Source of the DNA: a virus
Lineage: Duplodnaviria; Heunggongvirae; Uroviricota; Caudoviricetes
Length of the DNA: 64,000 bases
Strand: one strand, 5' to 3'
Virus record (IMG/VR): IMGVR_UViG_3300026737_000001
Part shown: positions 8,676 through 20,500 of the stretch, in pieces
Numbering within the stretch: the stretch's first letter is position 1
Layout of the letters: each line of letters opens with the position of its first letter
Notes under the pieces: generated by a model
Seen by the model: the letters and a program-made list of their open reading frames with translations, nothing else
What the model was told of the DNA's origin: nothing
The model's database searches: none
Program-made: the position numbers and the translations under genes

Positions 8676-11600
8676 ATGGCTGCAAACAGATACATAGAGA
8701 GGTATAAAAAAGGCCTCCAGCAAAGAGAAGAAAAAAGACAGTCTAAAATGGCCTGGTCTAAAACAAATAAATTTCTAACAGGTGCAGCCGCAATTACAGC
8801 AGGTGCATTTGCAGCCCACACACTTCACCCCAAAGGTATAATAGGAGCTTTAGAGAGTGTAGCAAAGCCCACAAATGCTGCCTTTGGAGCCTTCAAAAGC
8901 ACAATGGATAGATATGTGTCAGGTTCCGGGCACGGAGTTTTAAAGGGTGTTGATACAGCTATAAACGCTGTTGATGTATTTAATAATCCAAAGGGTGCAG
9001 TAGACCATTTTAGAAGTACATATAAAAGTATTGCAAAAAGAACAGACGACTTACATATAGATATTTTAAGAAAACAGAAAACAAATGTTATTGACGGAAT
9101 TAAAAAGGCATTAAAAAGAGATGCTATCAGCACTCAGGCAAATAAGAATTTAAATAAATTTATCGAAGATAATGAAGGCGACTTAGCCAAAATAGCCTCT
9201 GATTTTCAGAAAAAAAACCAGTACAGACTTTCAAAGCTAAGTTCTGGCGATAAAAAAGAAGTTAACTATGCACTTGCAAAATTAGACTCATTTAATGAAG
9301 CTAATAAAGAAATTAGAGATAGTGCACAAAAAATGATATTTGACAGTATATCAGGGGCTTCAGAGGCCAGACCAAAGAATGTAGATAATATTCAGGCAGA
9401 TGCCTTAAAGAAAATGATGGATGAGATTGTAGAAAACCAGCAGTCCCAGAGTTCATTTATAAAGAAAAAGTTTAATAATATTTTTGGATACAAAAACGCA
9501 ACGGTGGATGACCTTTTAAATTATGGTGACGACTTTTTAGATGATGAGAGCAGAAAGTTTTTAAACACTTTAAAGATAAACCACGGTGCTGACTTTAAAA
9601 AGTTTGTAGTAGATGACAGCCTATACATGTACAAAGGTAAGGTTGTTGATTCCAGAAACTTCAAAAAGCTTGGCAGAAATATTCGCTCAGGATTTTCTGG
9701 TGGTATTTTAGGTCACTTAACTTACCAGAGAGACTTAATGGCCATGAATGATTTCTCTAAGAGAGCTGGAACACTGATTCGTTCAGGCTACAATGTACCA
9801 ACACTTGATGGATATGGAGTTTTAGGAAAAGACGGGGTTTTAAAAGAATCATTAATTTCTGTTGGAGATAACATCTACAGACTAAATGATATGTCAAAAC
9901 CTCTAGCTGAAGGCTTCCACATAGCTTCAGGAAGGTACGGTTCTACTAAGAGATTAGTATCAAGTATGTCTGGAGTTAACGCTCCTGACTGGAGCAATGA
10001 AAGGGCATACAACTGGCTCTTAGATGTAGGAGGCAAGAGACAGCCGGGGCTTTTAACAAAGTTTAAATCTATTTTTACAAAATCTAAAGACCCACTATAT
10101 TTCAAAAATGAAATGAACAGGCTCTTTACAGTAACAGAAGATATGGCTCAAAAAATACAGTCCGGCACAGCATCATCTGTTCTACCAGAAATAGATTACA
10201 GAATGATGAAAGACCTAGAGCAGTATATGAGGCATCAATCATCAGGCTTTGGCCATGAGATGTTAGATAAGGTTCTTCGTGATTTAGAGGGTACAGAAAT
10301 CAGCTCAAAACTAAAGGGATTAAAATTTAATACAGAAGACGACCTTGTTGAATCATATATTAAAGTTACAAAAGAGCATCTTGGTAAACAAGGCGCTAAG
10401 ATGCCAGATGATACATCTCTTAGGGCAAGGGCTTATAATATTCTTAATACATCAACTCAGAGAAAAAATAAAAGAATATTTGCCGGAAACAAACTGAACG
10501 AAGGTAAAGACAGGCTCTTAAGAGATATCTCAGAGAATGTAACTAATCTAAGGGGTAGTGACAGAACCCTAGAGATTGCAGAATCAATGTATAAAAATAA
10601 GGAGATATCAGGGGCCCAATTTGTTGAAATAAATAAATCAGTTGCAAGCTTTAAAATAAGCGGTTCTATGGACGGCTCATCATTTGATGGAGCTGAAATC
10701 ACTAAGATTCTAGCAGGCAAGAAAGACCCTTATGTAAGGCTTGCTATTGAAGATTCACTAAAAGAAACACACCCTGCTTTTGGCTTCGGAAGGGTTAAGG
10801 AATTCCAAGAAAACTTCCACGGAGATGTACTTCCGGTAAAGAAGTTCAACCCTAAGATTTTAAACGACTGGAAGTCAGTTATAACCGGCGGTCGCAATGA
10901 CATGTCCAAAGTTAATAAGGGAACCCTTTTAACTTACGGTATGATGCACAGACTAAATGATATGGTAAGGCATTTTGATTTTATGCCTCTTGCTATGTCA
11001 GATGACAGTATGGGCTCACCTTTATCAACATTTGGCAACATTATGGCTAAAAGAGTTATGCCGATTTACGCTGGTGTTACAGCCTTAAAATATACAAGCG
11101 ATTACTGGTCTGAAATATCAGGTAGTGGATACACACTAGAACAGCACAAAGAAAGAGCAAAGGCAAATGCAACCTTAAGACTTTCAAAGTTTAAAGATGC
11201 AACAGGCCTTACAAGTGCTTTCAAATTTTTTGATAGGGTAACTCCGGGAAATGAAGGTATAAAGGCAAGTGTTAATAAGCTTCCTTTCATGGGACCTTTA
11301 GCTCCTTTAACAATAGGTATGGAAGCCCTAAATTCTGTCGGAACATTTAGCGGCAGAACTGAAAAAGAATGGGTAGATTACTTCAATACAGGAGAGGACC
11401 CGGTCAGAAAGGGTAGGTACTGGATATTAGGTTCAACCCCCTGGATGGGTGAAAGTATAGACCACTACGAACCAAATAGCTATAGACAGGCTATGAGTCA
11501 GTGGGAATATACAGATACGGTTTACGGCTCAAGAGAAAATTACTGGGCTCACAGCTGGATGCCTACTCCAACAGAACCTCTTGCACCAGTTAAACGCTTC

Positions 11601-14501
11601 GTGACGGACAGGTACTGGTTTGAAAAGATGCACTTAAAAGACAGACCATACCCTCTAACAGGAGAAATGTTTGACCCTAATACACTATGGGGCACACTCT
11701 TAAACCCAACAATAGGCAGGATATTAAAACCACAATTTAAACTGTCTGCAGGCGCAACAGATGAAGACTTAGAAAGAATAGAGAAAAATAATGCTTATGC
11801 CAAAGATGTAATAGCCAGATTCTCAGGTGGAGATTTACAGCTTTCAACCTATATACCTAAATACACAATGTCAACAAATGTTGGCGTTGCCACAGGTGGA
11901 GGAAGAATAGGTTCGGGTAATGTCATGGTAAATGGTGTTGCAGGCAATAAGGCAAATTCAAATGCAGTTGGTGTTCAAGGTGGTGGTCCGGGAGGTTCAG
12001 GAGCTGCTATTAGGCTTACTGAAAACCCTGAAAGCAGTGGTCTTGTAGTAAACGGCCAGAACTACTCACTAAAAGATTTAAAGAATATAAACCAATCAAT
12101 TATAGATAAATCAGGTAAGATAAGCAGGATAAACAAAAAGAGCATTTTAAATACAGGATTTACAATGTCATATTACGAGCCGAGAGAAGAAGGCGAACTT
12201 GCTTTAGATGTGCAAAGCCCAACTGATATCGGCTACAGTATGGAAAGAACATTAGACATCTTCAAGGATATCACAGGTGCAAGAGGATTCTTAGCTTCTA
12301 TGGTAACTGGAGGAGACGATTATGGTGAAGGTCAGGCTGTTTTAGCGACAGCATCTGATGCTTACGCTGCATCATCAAGGTTCTGGGATACAGGGCTTGG
12401 TGGCCGTGGTGGAGAGCTTTCAGAGATTTTCAGAAGATTTATCAACAAAAGACCTGGATTATATAAGGTAATAAACGACATACCAAATACAATGCCCGGC
12501 TGGATGCCTGATAGGTTCCGCACCGGAGACCCCTTCGTTGAGGTAAAACGCGGCGAAATAAGGCTTCCAGGAGAAGCTTACGAGTCAATGAATAAGCTCC
12601 ACCCTGATGAGTACGGAAGGTATGGAGCAGTTGATAGAGCAGCCATCTTAGCTGATATAGCTCCATATTCACAGGAATATAAGCTATGGTCTAAAATAGC
12701 TTCAGAACAGAATCTCTCACAGGAGGCCAAAGAGTTCTTAGCTCAGGCTAAGGAACAAAAAGAAGAGGCAAATAAGAAATATCATATAACACCATATAAG
12801 TTTTTGGGTCAGGATATAGAGAGAGAATCAGCTGTTGTAGAAAAGTTTTTAGATTCCAGCCGCTTTACGGTTAAAGGTTCAGACAGAATATACCGCCTTG
12901 CAGGTGTTAATACCAACTTCAATGCAGAGACCGAAGAGGGCAAAAACACCCTAAACATATTAGAACAGACAATGATGCCTGGAAGCGAAATAACACTTCT
13001 AGCATCAAAAGACAGCAACCCCAACGCCTCAACTCCAGCCGTTGTCTACAGTCAGGACTCAAATGTAAATAGAAGGCTTTTAGACAGCGGAGTTCAGGCC
13101 AAAGAAGAAGATGGGGCTATTGATACTTATGTAAACTTAGGCGTAGGAGGAAGGGCTTTAGGAAGGATATGGGAAGGAGTAGCACACGCCCCAATCCCTA
13201 TAGTCCATAATAAATTCTTCAATGTACGCTCACCTATGGAACACTACAAAGACTATCAAGTTTACGGCAAAGAATGGCAGTCATGGAACGAGCCAGTTGA
13301 CGACCTTTTAGTACCGTCATTCCAGAGTGCCTGGGCCAGAAATCCTTTCTGGGCTACATTATCTGGTGCTACAGCAGGAGCTATAACAGGACTTCTGCTT
13401 GGAGGTCCCGGAGTTAGAAAGGCAATGAGTGGCTTCGGTGCGGTAGCTGCAGGTGTCGGTTCTATTGCTCGCTCACAGTACGAGTTGGAGACGGGTAAGG
13501 CGTGGATACCGGAAAGAAGAGAAGAAGAAAGAAAGATATGGGAATACTACGACCTCTTAAAGTTTGTTAAAAATAAGAGGCTATATAATAAATATGTAGA
13601 CGTAGCTAAAAAAGAAGAAAATGTTGATGTTGAAAAGATAATAAGTGAAATGGAAGAGATTGACGAAAGGCTAAAAAAGAAAGAAGAAATGCTTGAAGGC
13701 TTTTCAAAACACTTACTAAGATACGGCATCAGTAAAGAAGACACTGTCCAAAAACGAATAAACTCAGAGGGTAGGGTCGAATACAATTTAGTCACAGAAA
13801 AAGAGTTTATAGAATCAAAAAGAAAAGAAATACTTCAAGAATTAAGGGATACAAAAGCAGAAGAAGTACTTGTTGGCTTAGGCCCTTATGCAAGAATGGC
13901 GGTTAAATACAGACAGGAATACCGCTCTACACTATTTGGACTTGATGGAAGTTCAACTTTCCAGCAGATGTTTTCTGCTTTTCCAAGTAAGGATAGGGAA
14001 TATTTACAGCATTTCTCTAAGGTTACAGACGAAAAGGAAAGAGAAGAAATACTAAAAATTGTTCCTGACAACCAGAAGAGAGCTTACAAAATTCTATGGG
14101 GTATGGAAACAGAAAAAGAATCTCTAATAGATATGTTCGGAGAGTATGCACTGCCAGATGAAAATTGGTTTGGCTGGAGGGAAGGGGCAGACCTTGAAGA
14201 TTCAATGATAAAACTCATTGAAAATAATGGTTATGACCCTAAAGATTTCGGACTCTGGAAGGATTACACTGTAGAGGAAGAGCTAACACCAGCTCCAGTT
14301 GAGTATGGTAGGCGTTTCGACAGAAAGTCATCCGGATTTATCAGAACAAGATTAGAAGAAGTATTAACAGATTATGATATCAGAGATGTGGATATTAAAA
14401 TAACTCCAAGAGAAGATAACAGTATAAATATAAATTTCGATATGGTACAGGATGTAACAGGAAAAATACAGCTTGAAATACAGAGAGCACTGGGGGGCTA
14501 G
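8676..14501 (+). CDS. tape-measure-like/ejection giant protein with degenerate SNase-like domain
   Basis: Position after chaperones; 1941 aa; Gly/Ala-rich hydrophobic segments at the N-terminus and 13350-13472; SNase-like segment 12831-13095. Confidence 0.6.
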   Translation: MAANRYIERYKKGLQQREEKRQSKMAWSKTNKFLTGAAAITAGAFAAHTLHPKGIIGALESVAKPTNAAFGAFKSTMDRYVSGSGHGVLKGVDTAINAVDVFNNPKGAVDHFRSTYKSIAKRTDDLHIDILRKQKTNVIDGIKKALKRDAISTQANKNLNKFIEDNEGDLAKIASDFQKKNQYRLSKLSSGDKKEVNYALAKLDSFNEANKEIRDSAQKMIFDSISGASEARPKNVDNIQADALKKMMDEIVENQQSQSSFIKKKFNNIFGYKNATVDDLLNYGDDFLDDESRKFLNTLKINHGADFKKFVVDDSLYMYKGKVVDSRNFKKLGRNIRSGFSGGILGHLTYQRDLMAMNDFSKRAGTLIRSGYNVPTLDGYGVLGKDGVLKESLISVGDNIYRLNDMSKPLAEGFHIASGRYGSTKRLVSSMSGVNAPDWSNERAYNWLLDVGGKRQPGLLTKFKSIFTKSKDPLYFKNEMNRLFTVTEDMAQKIQSGTASSVLPEIDYRMMKDLEQYMRHQSSGFGHEMLDKVLRDLEGTEISSKLKGLKFNTEDDLVESYIKVTKEHLGKQGAKMPDDTSLRARAYNILNTSTQRKNKRIFAGNKLNEGKDRLLRDISENVTNLRGSDRTLEIAESMYKNKEISGAQFVEINKSVASFKISGSMDGSSFDGAEITKILAGKKDPYVRLAIEDSLKETHPAFGFGRVKEFQENFHGDVLPVKKFNPKILNDWKSVITGGRNDMSKVNKGTLLTYGMMHRLNDMVRHFDFMPLAMSDDSMGSPLSTFGNIMAKRVMPIYAGVTALKYTSDYWSEISGSGYTLEQHKERAKANATLRLSKFKDATGLTSAFKFFDRVTPGNEGIKASVNKLPFMGPLAPLTIGMEALNSVGTFSGRTEKEWVDYFNTGEDPVRKGRYWILGSTPWMGESIDHYEPNSYRQAMSQWEYTDTVYGSRENYWAHSWMPTPTEPLAPVKRFVTDRYWFEKMHLKDRPYPLTGEMFDPNTLWGTLLNPTIGRILKPQFKLSAGATDEDLERIEKNNAYAKDVIARFSGGDLQLSTYIPKYTMSTNVGVATGGGRIGSGNVMVNGVAGNKANSNAVGVQGGGPGGSGAAIRLTENPESSGLVVNGQNYSLKDLKNINQSIIDKSGKISRINKKSILNTGFTMSYYEPREEGELALDVQSPTDIGYSMERTLDIFKDITGARGFLASMVTGGDDYGEGQAVLATASDAYAASSRFWDTGLGGRGGELSEIFRRFINKRPGLYKVINDIPNTMPGWMPDRFRTGDPFVEVKRGEIRLPGEAYESMNKLHPDEYGRYGAVDRAAILADIAPYSQEYKLWSKIASEQNLSQEAKEFLAQAKEQKEEANKKYHITPYKFLGQDIERESAVVEKFLDSSRFTVKGSDRIYRLAGVNTNFNAETEEGKNTLNILEQTMMPGSEITLLASKDSNPNASTPAVVYSQDSNVNRRLLDSGVQAKEEDGAIDTYVNLGVGGRALGRIWEGVAHAPIPIVHNKFFNVRSPMEHYKDYQVYGKEWQSWNEPVDDLLVPSFQSAWARNPFWATLSGATAGAITGLLLGGPGVRKAMSGFGAVAAGVGSIARSQYELETGKAWIPERREEERKIWEYYDLLKFVKNKRLYNKYVDVAKKEENVDVEKIISEMEEIDERLKKKEEMLEGFSKHLLRYGISKEDTVQKRINSEGRVEYNLVTEKEFIESKRKEILQELRDTKAEEVLVGLGPYARMAVKYRQEYRSTLFGLDGSSTFQQMFSAFPSKDREYLQHFSKVTDEKEREEILKIVPDNQKRAYKILWGMETEKESLIDMFGEYALPDENWFGWREGADLEDSMIKLIENNGYDPKDFGLWKDYTVEEELTPAPVEYGRRFDRKSSGFIRTRLEEVLTDYDIRDVDIKITPREDNSININFDMVQDVTGKIQLEIQRALGG

Positions 14502-14504
14502 TAA

Positions 14505-17500
14505 ATGTACGATTTTGATAACATGCCGGCAGTCTCGTCGGATTACAAAGAAGAAATGTATAATAAATACGGTTTAAAGGTTACAAATAGGGTCTCTGAC
14601 CCTCAGCCTTCCTTTCTCTTTCAAGTAAGCAGTCAAAGAAAGGCTAAGGCAAAGCTTGATAAAGCTGCCAATAAAGCCGTTCAGTATTCGCACAACTTTG
14701 AAGAGATAAATGCAATATATAATGACCTTGGTAAAATAAAAAATGCAATGACAGAAAATGGTGTTAAAAGAGGAACCCTTGATATTTTCAAGGATGTAAA
14801 TGCAGTAACTTACGGCAGGAATCCACATAAAGCTATTAGAAACTGGCAGAAGGCCATCAACACAAATTCAAAAATAATTGGTTTCGATATAGAGAGTTTA
14901 GGAGATATGAATGAAGGTAATATTTTTACACCGACAGAAATCTCCTTCTACTCTGCCACAATGAACGGTGATGAGCTTTCTAAAAGAGCCTTAGAGCGTT
15001 CATTTATTGTAGCACCAAATAGAGCTTCTGTTGATAATATCAACGAGCTATTTGATAAAGTACAGGCTTTTTACGAAAACGGCAGAACTCCAATGCTCAG
15101 CGACTCCGAAAGAAGGACTCTCGGAGATTTAATCAAATACTCAAACGGTGCAGAGTTTGTACAGAAAAATTCTATGACAGAACTAGGAAAAGCTTCTAAT
15201 ATGTACAAACAGTTTGTTACTGATGGAGGTCAGCTTAAAAGATTAAGCTCTGCAAGTTCAGGTAAAAAGATGCTGGCCCTAGCAAGAGAGGGTTTGGGCA
15301 ACTTACAAAAATATGGTAAAGATGCAAGTAGTGTAGCTCAAAACTTAAGCTACTATCTTGCCGAACAGAATGCAAATTCAAATGCCTTCTTTATGGGTCA
15401 CAATATAGAAAATTTTGATAATATAGGCCTGACAAAATTCATGCAGGCTAACGGCTTTGATAACGGATTTAAACCAAAACAGTATATAGATACACTGGAT
15501 TTAGCAAACGCCTTTTATTCCACACCGCTTGACCTGCAGAAATTAAGCAGTGTAGATACAGGGCAGTTAACAAGACTTAACTCAGGTCATTTAAAAATGG
15601 AGAACCTGACCAAAGTTATGGGTTTTGGAAACTATACTCACTCAGCAGCTGATGATACAAGAAAAGCTTTTAACGTAGTCTCAAACTTATTTTTCAGCCA
15701 AGAGGGCCTCGACCACATAAATAAAAACATCTTATCTAGTGGTGGAGATTTTTCAAAGAACTTTAATATAAGCTCCCTAAAACCCGGAGACGAGCTGTTT
15801 TCTACAGCAGGGGCAATGGATACAGGTAAAGGTCCATTGAGTTTTGTTACGGCATTCAATGACGGCAAAGAAGTAGTAGATGGAAGCAAATTTTACATAA
15901 GTTCACACACAAAATACAGATTTGTAGGAAGTTTTAGGAATAAAGACTCGGTCGGAGTTAAGCTGCAGAATGCTATGACAGGGGAAAATGTCTATGTCAA
16001 TAAGTCAAACGAGAAGGAATTAAGACAGTTTATCTATTCCAAATTTGACAATGCTGCAAAGTATTCAAATACCGATATGCAGAGAATGTATATGAATACC
16101 AGAAACGATATCGCTCGTTCTAAGTTCAGACAGATGACAAACAATATCAGCTTTAAAAACTACAAAAACTTACAGGCAACATTAAAGGCCTATAACTTAG
16201 AAAAAGCACAGGGAAGAAGTCTTTTAAATAACGAACTTGATGAAATATTCTCATATACAGATAAAAGCGGCTCTAAAATTATAAGGGGCAACTGGAAAGA
16301 AAACTACAGAAGAATGAGGGGCAGACTTACAAGTGATGCTCCTATACTAGACAAGCTTGTTAAGGAAGTAGAAGCACTGCATGGTGGAGATAAAGAAAAC
16401 CCAAACTACTGGCCGGTGCAAAAAAGACACGCAGCAGTTGTAAATGCCTATCAGGAAATGCAAAAAGATTTTGGAAAAAATAAAGATATTATAAACCTTA
16501 AAAGCAACAAGGCTTACGGAATAGACCTTCTGGGGCCAGATGGTAGAAACACAAGAATCTCACTTGCGAGAAAATCAAATGCAAGACGTGACTTAAGAAG
16601 ACTATTCAACTATACAGAGTCAACAGCAGGAAGAAACTTCAAAACAGCTGACGGATTTTTTATTGAAGTTTTAGACAGCGTAAAAGACCATGCAAGTCAG
16701 TACCAGAAGAATATGGCCAACAAAGATTATGAGGGCTTTATGTACAGGCTTGACGAAATTATAAGACCTATGGCTAAAAGTCAGGACAATGCCTTCACCC
16801 AGATAAATGCACTTTCAGACCTACTGGTTGATTATAGAGATAAAATACCGGGACTTAAAAAAAGCGTGATGGAAGTTGAGGGACTTGGAGCAAGAAATGC
16901 TTTCACAACCCAAAAGATGATGGATAATGTGGATACATATTTAAGAAAAGGTTTAGACTATGCTAGTGGAATAACCATCAATCACGGCTTTGCTAAGGGT
17001 CTTTCAGGTGGAGCTAACAACAGTGTTTTAACTACTGTAAGGGCTTTAGATGAAGCTTTGCAGAAAAACTATATGGCACTGGGAGTTAAAAAAGAATTCG
17101 TTTCAAATATACCTACAATGGAAAGCTCGCTAAATAGCACCATACGCAAATTTGGGACAGCGTTCTCAAGCAAAGGAGATATCGACTTAGGCTTTGAGCT
17201 CTTCAACACAGGTACGGTAGAAAAGCCGCAGGTATCAATGGCTATTTTCAAGCAGGGCTCAGATGATGTGCTAACACTTGATGCATTAAAAGCAAATAAA
17301 AATGCTGCTATAATAGATATACCTCTGGTTAATGCAGACCAGTATATTCATTACGGAAACCAGAAAAAAATATCACCACTTGCACTCCTTTATAGGGATA
17401 AATTCAGTGCAGGAGCCGATATAAAAACAGGAACCTCTTTCAGCTACATGATGCATGAGCTTAACGGAGAGGCCAACAATATGATTAAGGCAGCTCAGGA

Positions 17501-20500
17501 AGGCGACTTTAGAAGAATAGAAATGATAGCAAACGGTAAGATACAAAAATCTTTAGGCTATCTCTCGGGCTCAAACAAGCATGTAAGAGACGCAGAGAAG
17601 ATGTATTCTTCAACAGCAGAAGCCGACTTTCTTAAAAAAGGATATGTACTATTTAGAGGTGTCTTTGAAAATCAAGGCGAACAGGTAGGGCTTGATGGTG
17701 AAACATTGTACCCATCTAAAAAGTTTAACATGTTTGCTGATGGCTCAGTTCAAAAAATGATTAAAAATAAATTAGGAATTGATGCATCCTTAGAATCGAC
17801 AAGAGGTGCACACGCAGTAAATCAGTTCTTTTTAAGCTCAATCGAAAACAGAAATTTTGTTAACTTCGGGATGTACAACTCTCCCGGTCGTGACAACATG
17901 ATACAGATGAGAAATAAAAGAACACTTTCTAAAAAGGCTATAGAGTCAATACAGGACAATATAAATAAAGCTAAGGGTTATTCAGGACTCTCTATTGACC
18001 CCTTACTTATCACACAGTCCGAACAGTTTTTAAGAGATACTGATAATGCTTTTGCTAAATATCCAGGCGTTAATGTCAGCATAGCAAATGTTGATGAGCT
18101 TGAGGGAATAGAGAAGCTAAAAAATGCCTTTGATAAAAGCGACAAATACACTATGGAAGGTGTTTTTGGTAAATCTCCAGCTAACTTCCCTTCTTTCTGG
18201 GAAAACCAGGCTATTGTATCTCAAAGTTTTGCAGACTCGCTACATTCAGTAAACTCATATACAAAAGACTACAAGCTGTCTGATTTAGATGAAGGCTTTA
18301 TTAATAAAGTTAAACGTTCACTTAAAGATGGCGGCTCAGGTTACAGAATGGGTTACATGGAGCAGATGGGTCCTGACGAGATATTTAAAAGGGTATCCAG
18401 AAAAGATGGGGTTGAACACTTCATTACAGGATTCAACATCAATGACGGCAAGATAAGCTTCAAGTTCGAAGAGAACTTCAGCACAAGGGCTGGGGTAACC
18501 AAACTATTTTTGGCTTCAGAGAAGGTTACTGTCAGAAATATTGTGCCTGATGAAATTATGAAGGCAGCATTCGGCGAAGGCGTTCATGTTGCAGGTAATA
18601 TAAACCACGCAGGACATCAGGGTTATGGAGAAGTAGCAGAGGGCTTAATCAAAGAGTCGATAAATAAAATAAACCATTCAAATATAGATAGACAAATCAA
18701 ACAGGAAGCTATACAGGAAGTTCAGGATATTGTAGATAGAACCTTTGGTCTGGCAACAACAATCAAAGAAGAGGGCAAAACAGGTAGCGGTAAGTTTAGA
18801 CTTGTAATCAACAACAACAAAGCCGGATTCAAGCACCTGATGGTAGCCGAAGGAGGAATAGACCAGGCAAATCTAGGTCTTAAAAATATTGACCCAAGAG
18901 TTGCCAACGTAGTTAGAAACAAAGGTGCCTTAAGTATCAAAGATTTAAGAACTAACTTAAACAACATAAAATCCTTCAACCTAGGATTAAAAGATAATAT
19001 CTTAAACCTAGAGGCAGTCTTAGCTCAAAACAGTGAAGACATAAACTTCATGTCAGTCGGAGGCTACGGCAAAAAAGGCGTAAAAGTAGGTCCAAGACAT
19101 ATCGGAGTCATGATGGACAAGGGTTACACAGAATACGCCAGATGGCTAAAAGACTCAGTTTTAGAAGAAGCAAAACAGGCAAACAGGATTTCATCACTAC
19201 CTGGAACAAGAGGCTTAAATGGAGCACTTGAAGGCCAATCAAGAGCTATGGAACTGCTTGCAAGAGCAGCTCGAGGTGAAGGTGCAGTACCAGATGGTTC
19301 CAGAATAAATGAATACACAGAAGTTCTAGAAGAGTTAAGCGAGTTAAGAGAAGGTGGAACTCAGGGGCAGGAAAAAGGCCTTTTCTCTAAATCGGATTTA
19401 ACAAAGACAGTTTTTGACCCCGAATACAGAAGAAGAGGGAAAAACGGCCTTTATATTTCACTGCCAGAAGAACTTGAGATAGAGTTTGGAAACGAAAAAA
19501 CAGGAAGAACAAGGGTTAAATTAAACGAAATATTCCTTTCAGATACGGCAATTGAGATGTCCAAGAAAAAAAATGGAGAAGCCCTTTACTCTTTAGGAGA
19601 AATAGGTAGGGAAGAATCAGACATCTTTAATGCGATGAGGGAATATAATACAGCAGTCCAAAACTCCTCGCAACTTGCTGGAGACCTTTCAGCAAGGGAG
19701 GCTAAAGAAAAAGCTTTAAGAAGTATGAAAACAGGTATCAAAAATTACTATAACGCAATCTTCCATCAGTCTACAAGCTCTCACGGGCAAAAATATAACA
19801 GGGCATTATCGGCAAGGTTTAAAGGCTCGGGAAGGCTTAAACTGCAGATTATGTCTCCAGCTCTAGAAATTGCAGATGAGGTTAATAGAGCAAGCGGCAC
19901 TACAGAAGAGAAAATATCAAAGGTAGCAAGAAAATTTGATATAGATGAAAAAGTAATAAAAAAAGCATATGCAGTGGTAAAGGGTGCTGGCTACAAAGGC
20001 CTTGACAAATCTAATGCTATTTATATCAGTCGAGATAGAGCAAAAGACATGCTTAAAGGTTTGGAAAAAACAGACAAAAAACAGTTTGACAATATAATGT
20101 CAGGACTTGAAGAAGGTAAAGGAATGCCTGGAATGATGTTCCGCTCACCTGTAATCCATACAGAGTCAGCAATGCCTGTTGAATACAGAATAGATGATGA
20201 GCTTGATTATGATACTGTTAGAATATCATCAACAATGGCAGCTGCTCAATTTGGTGATTCTGATGGTGACGAGGTATCTTTTGTAATGGCCTATAATAAA
20301 CAAGGCGTCAGAACAAATGCCAAAAAAATGGAAGAAGAAGTAGCCAGAGTTGCTGATGAAATGAGAAACACTTCATACAACTCAAAAGGGCCATGGGTTA
20401 AAAGGAATATGGTAGCCCTAGAAAATGTAACTTTAGGTAAGAAGAATTATGTAGATTCAGTATTTGAAACAATAGAATCAAATTCAGACTTTAAGGGCAA

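Noticed and set aside
8676-14501. 1941-aa giant as a second RNAP subunit
   Set aside because: No DPBB, paired-Lys or DxDGD motifs found; both barrels are already accounted for in 14505-21566
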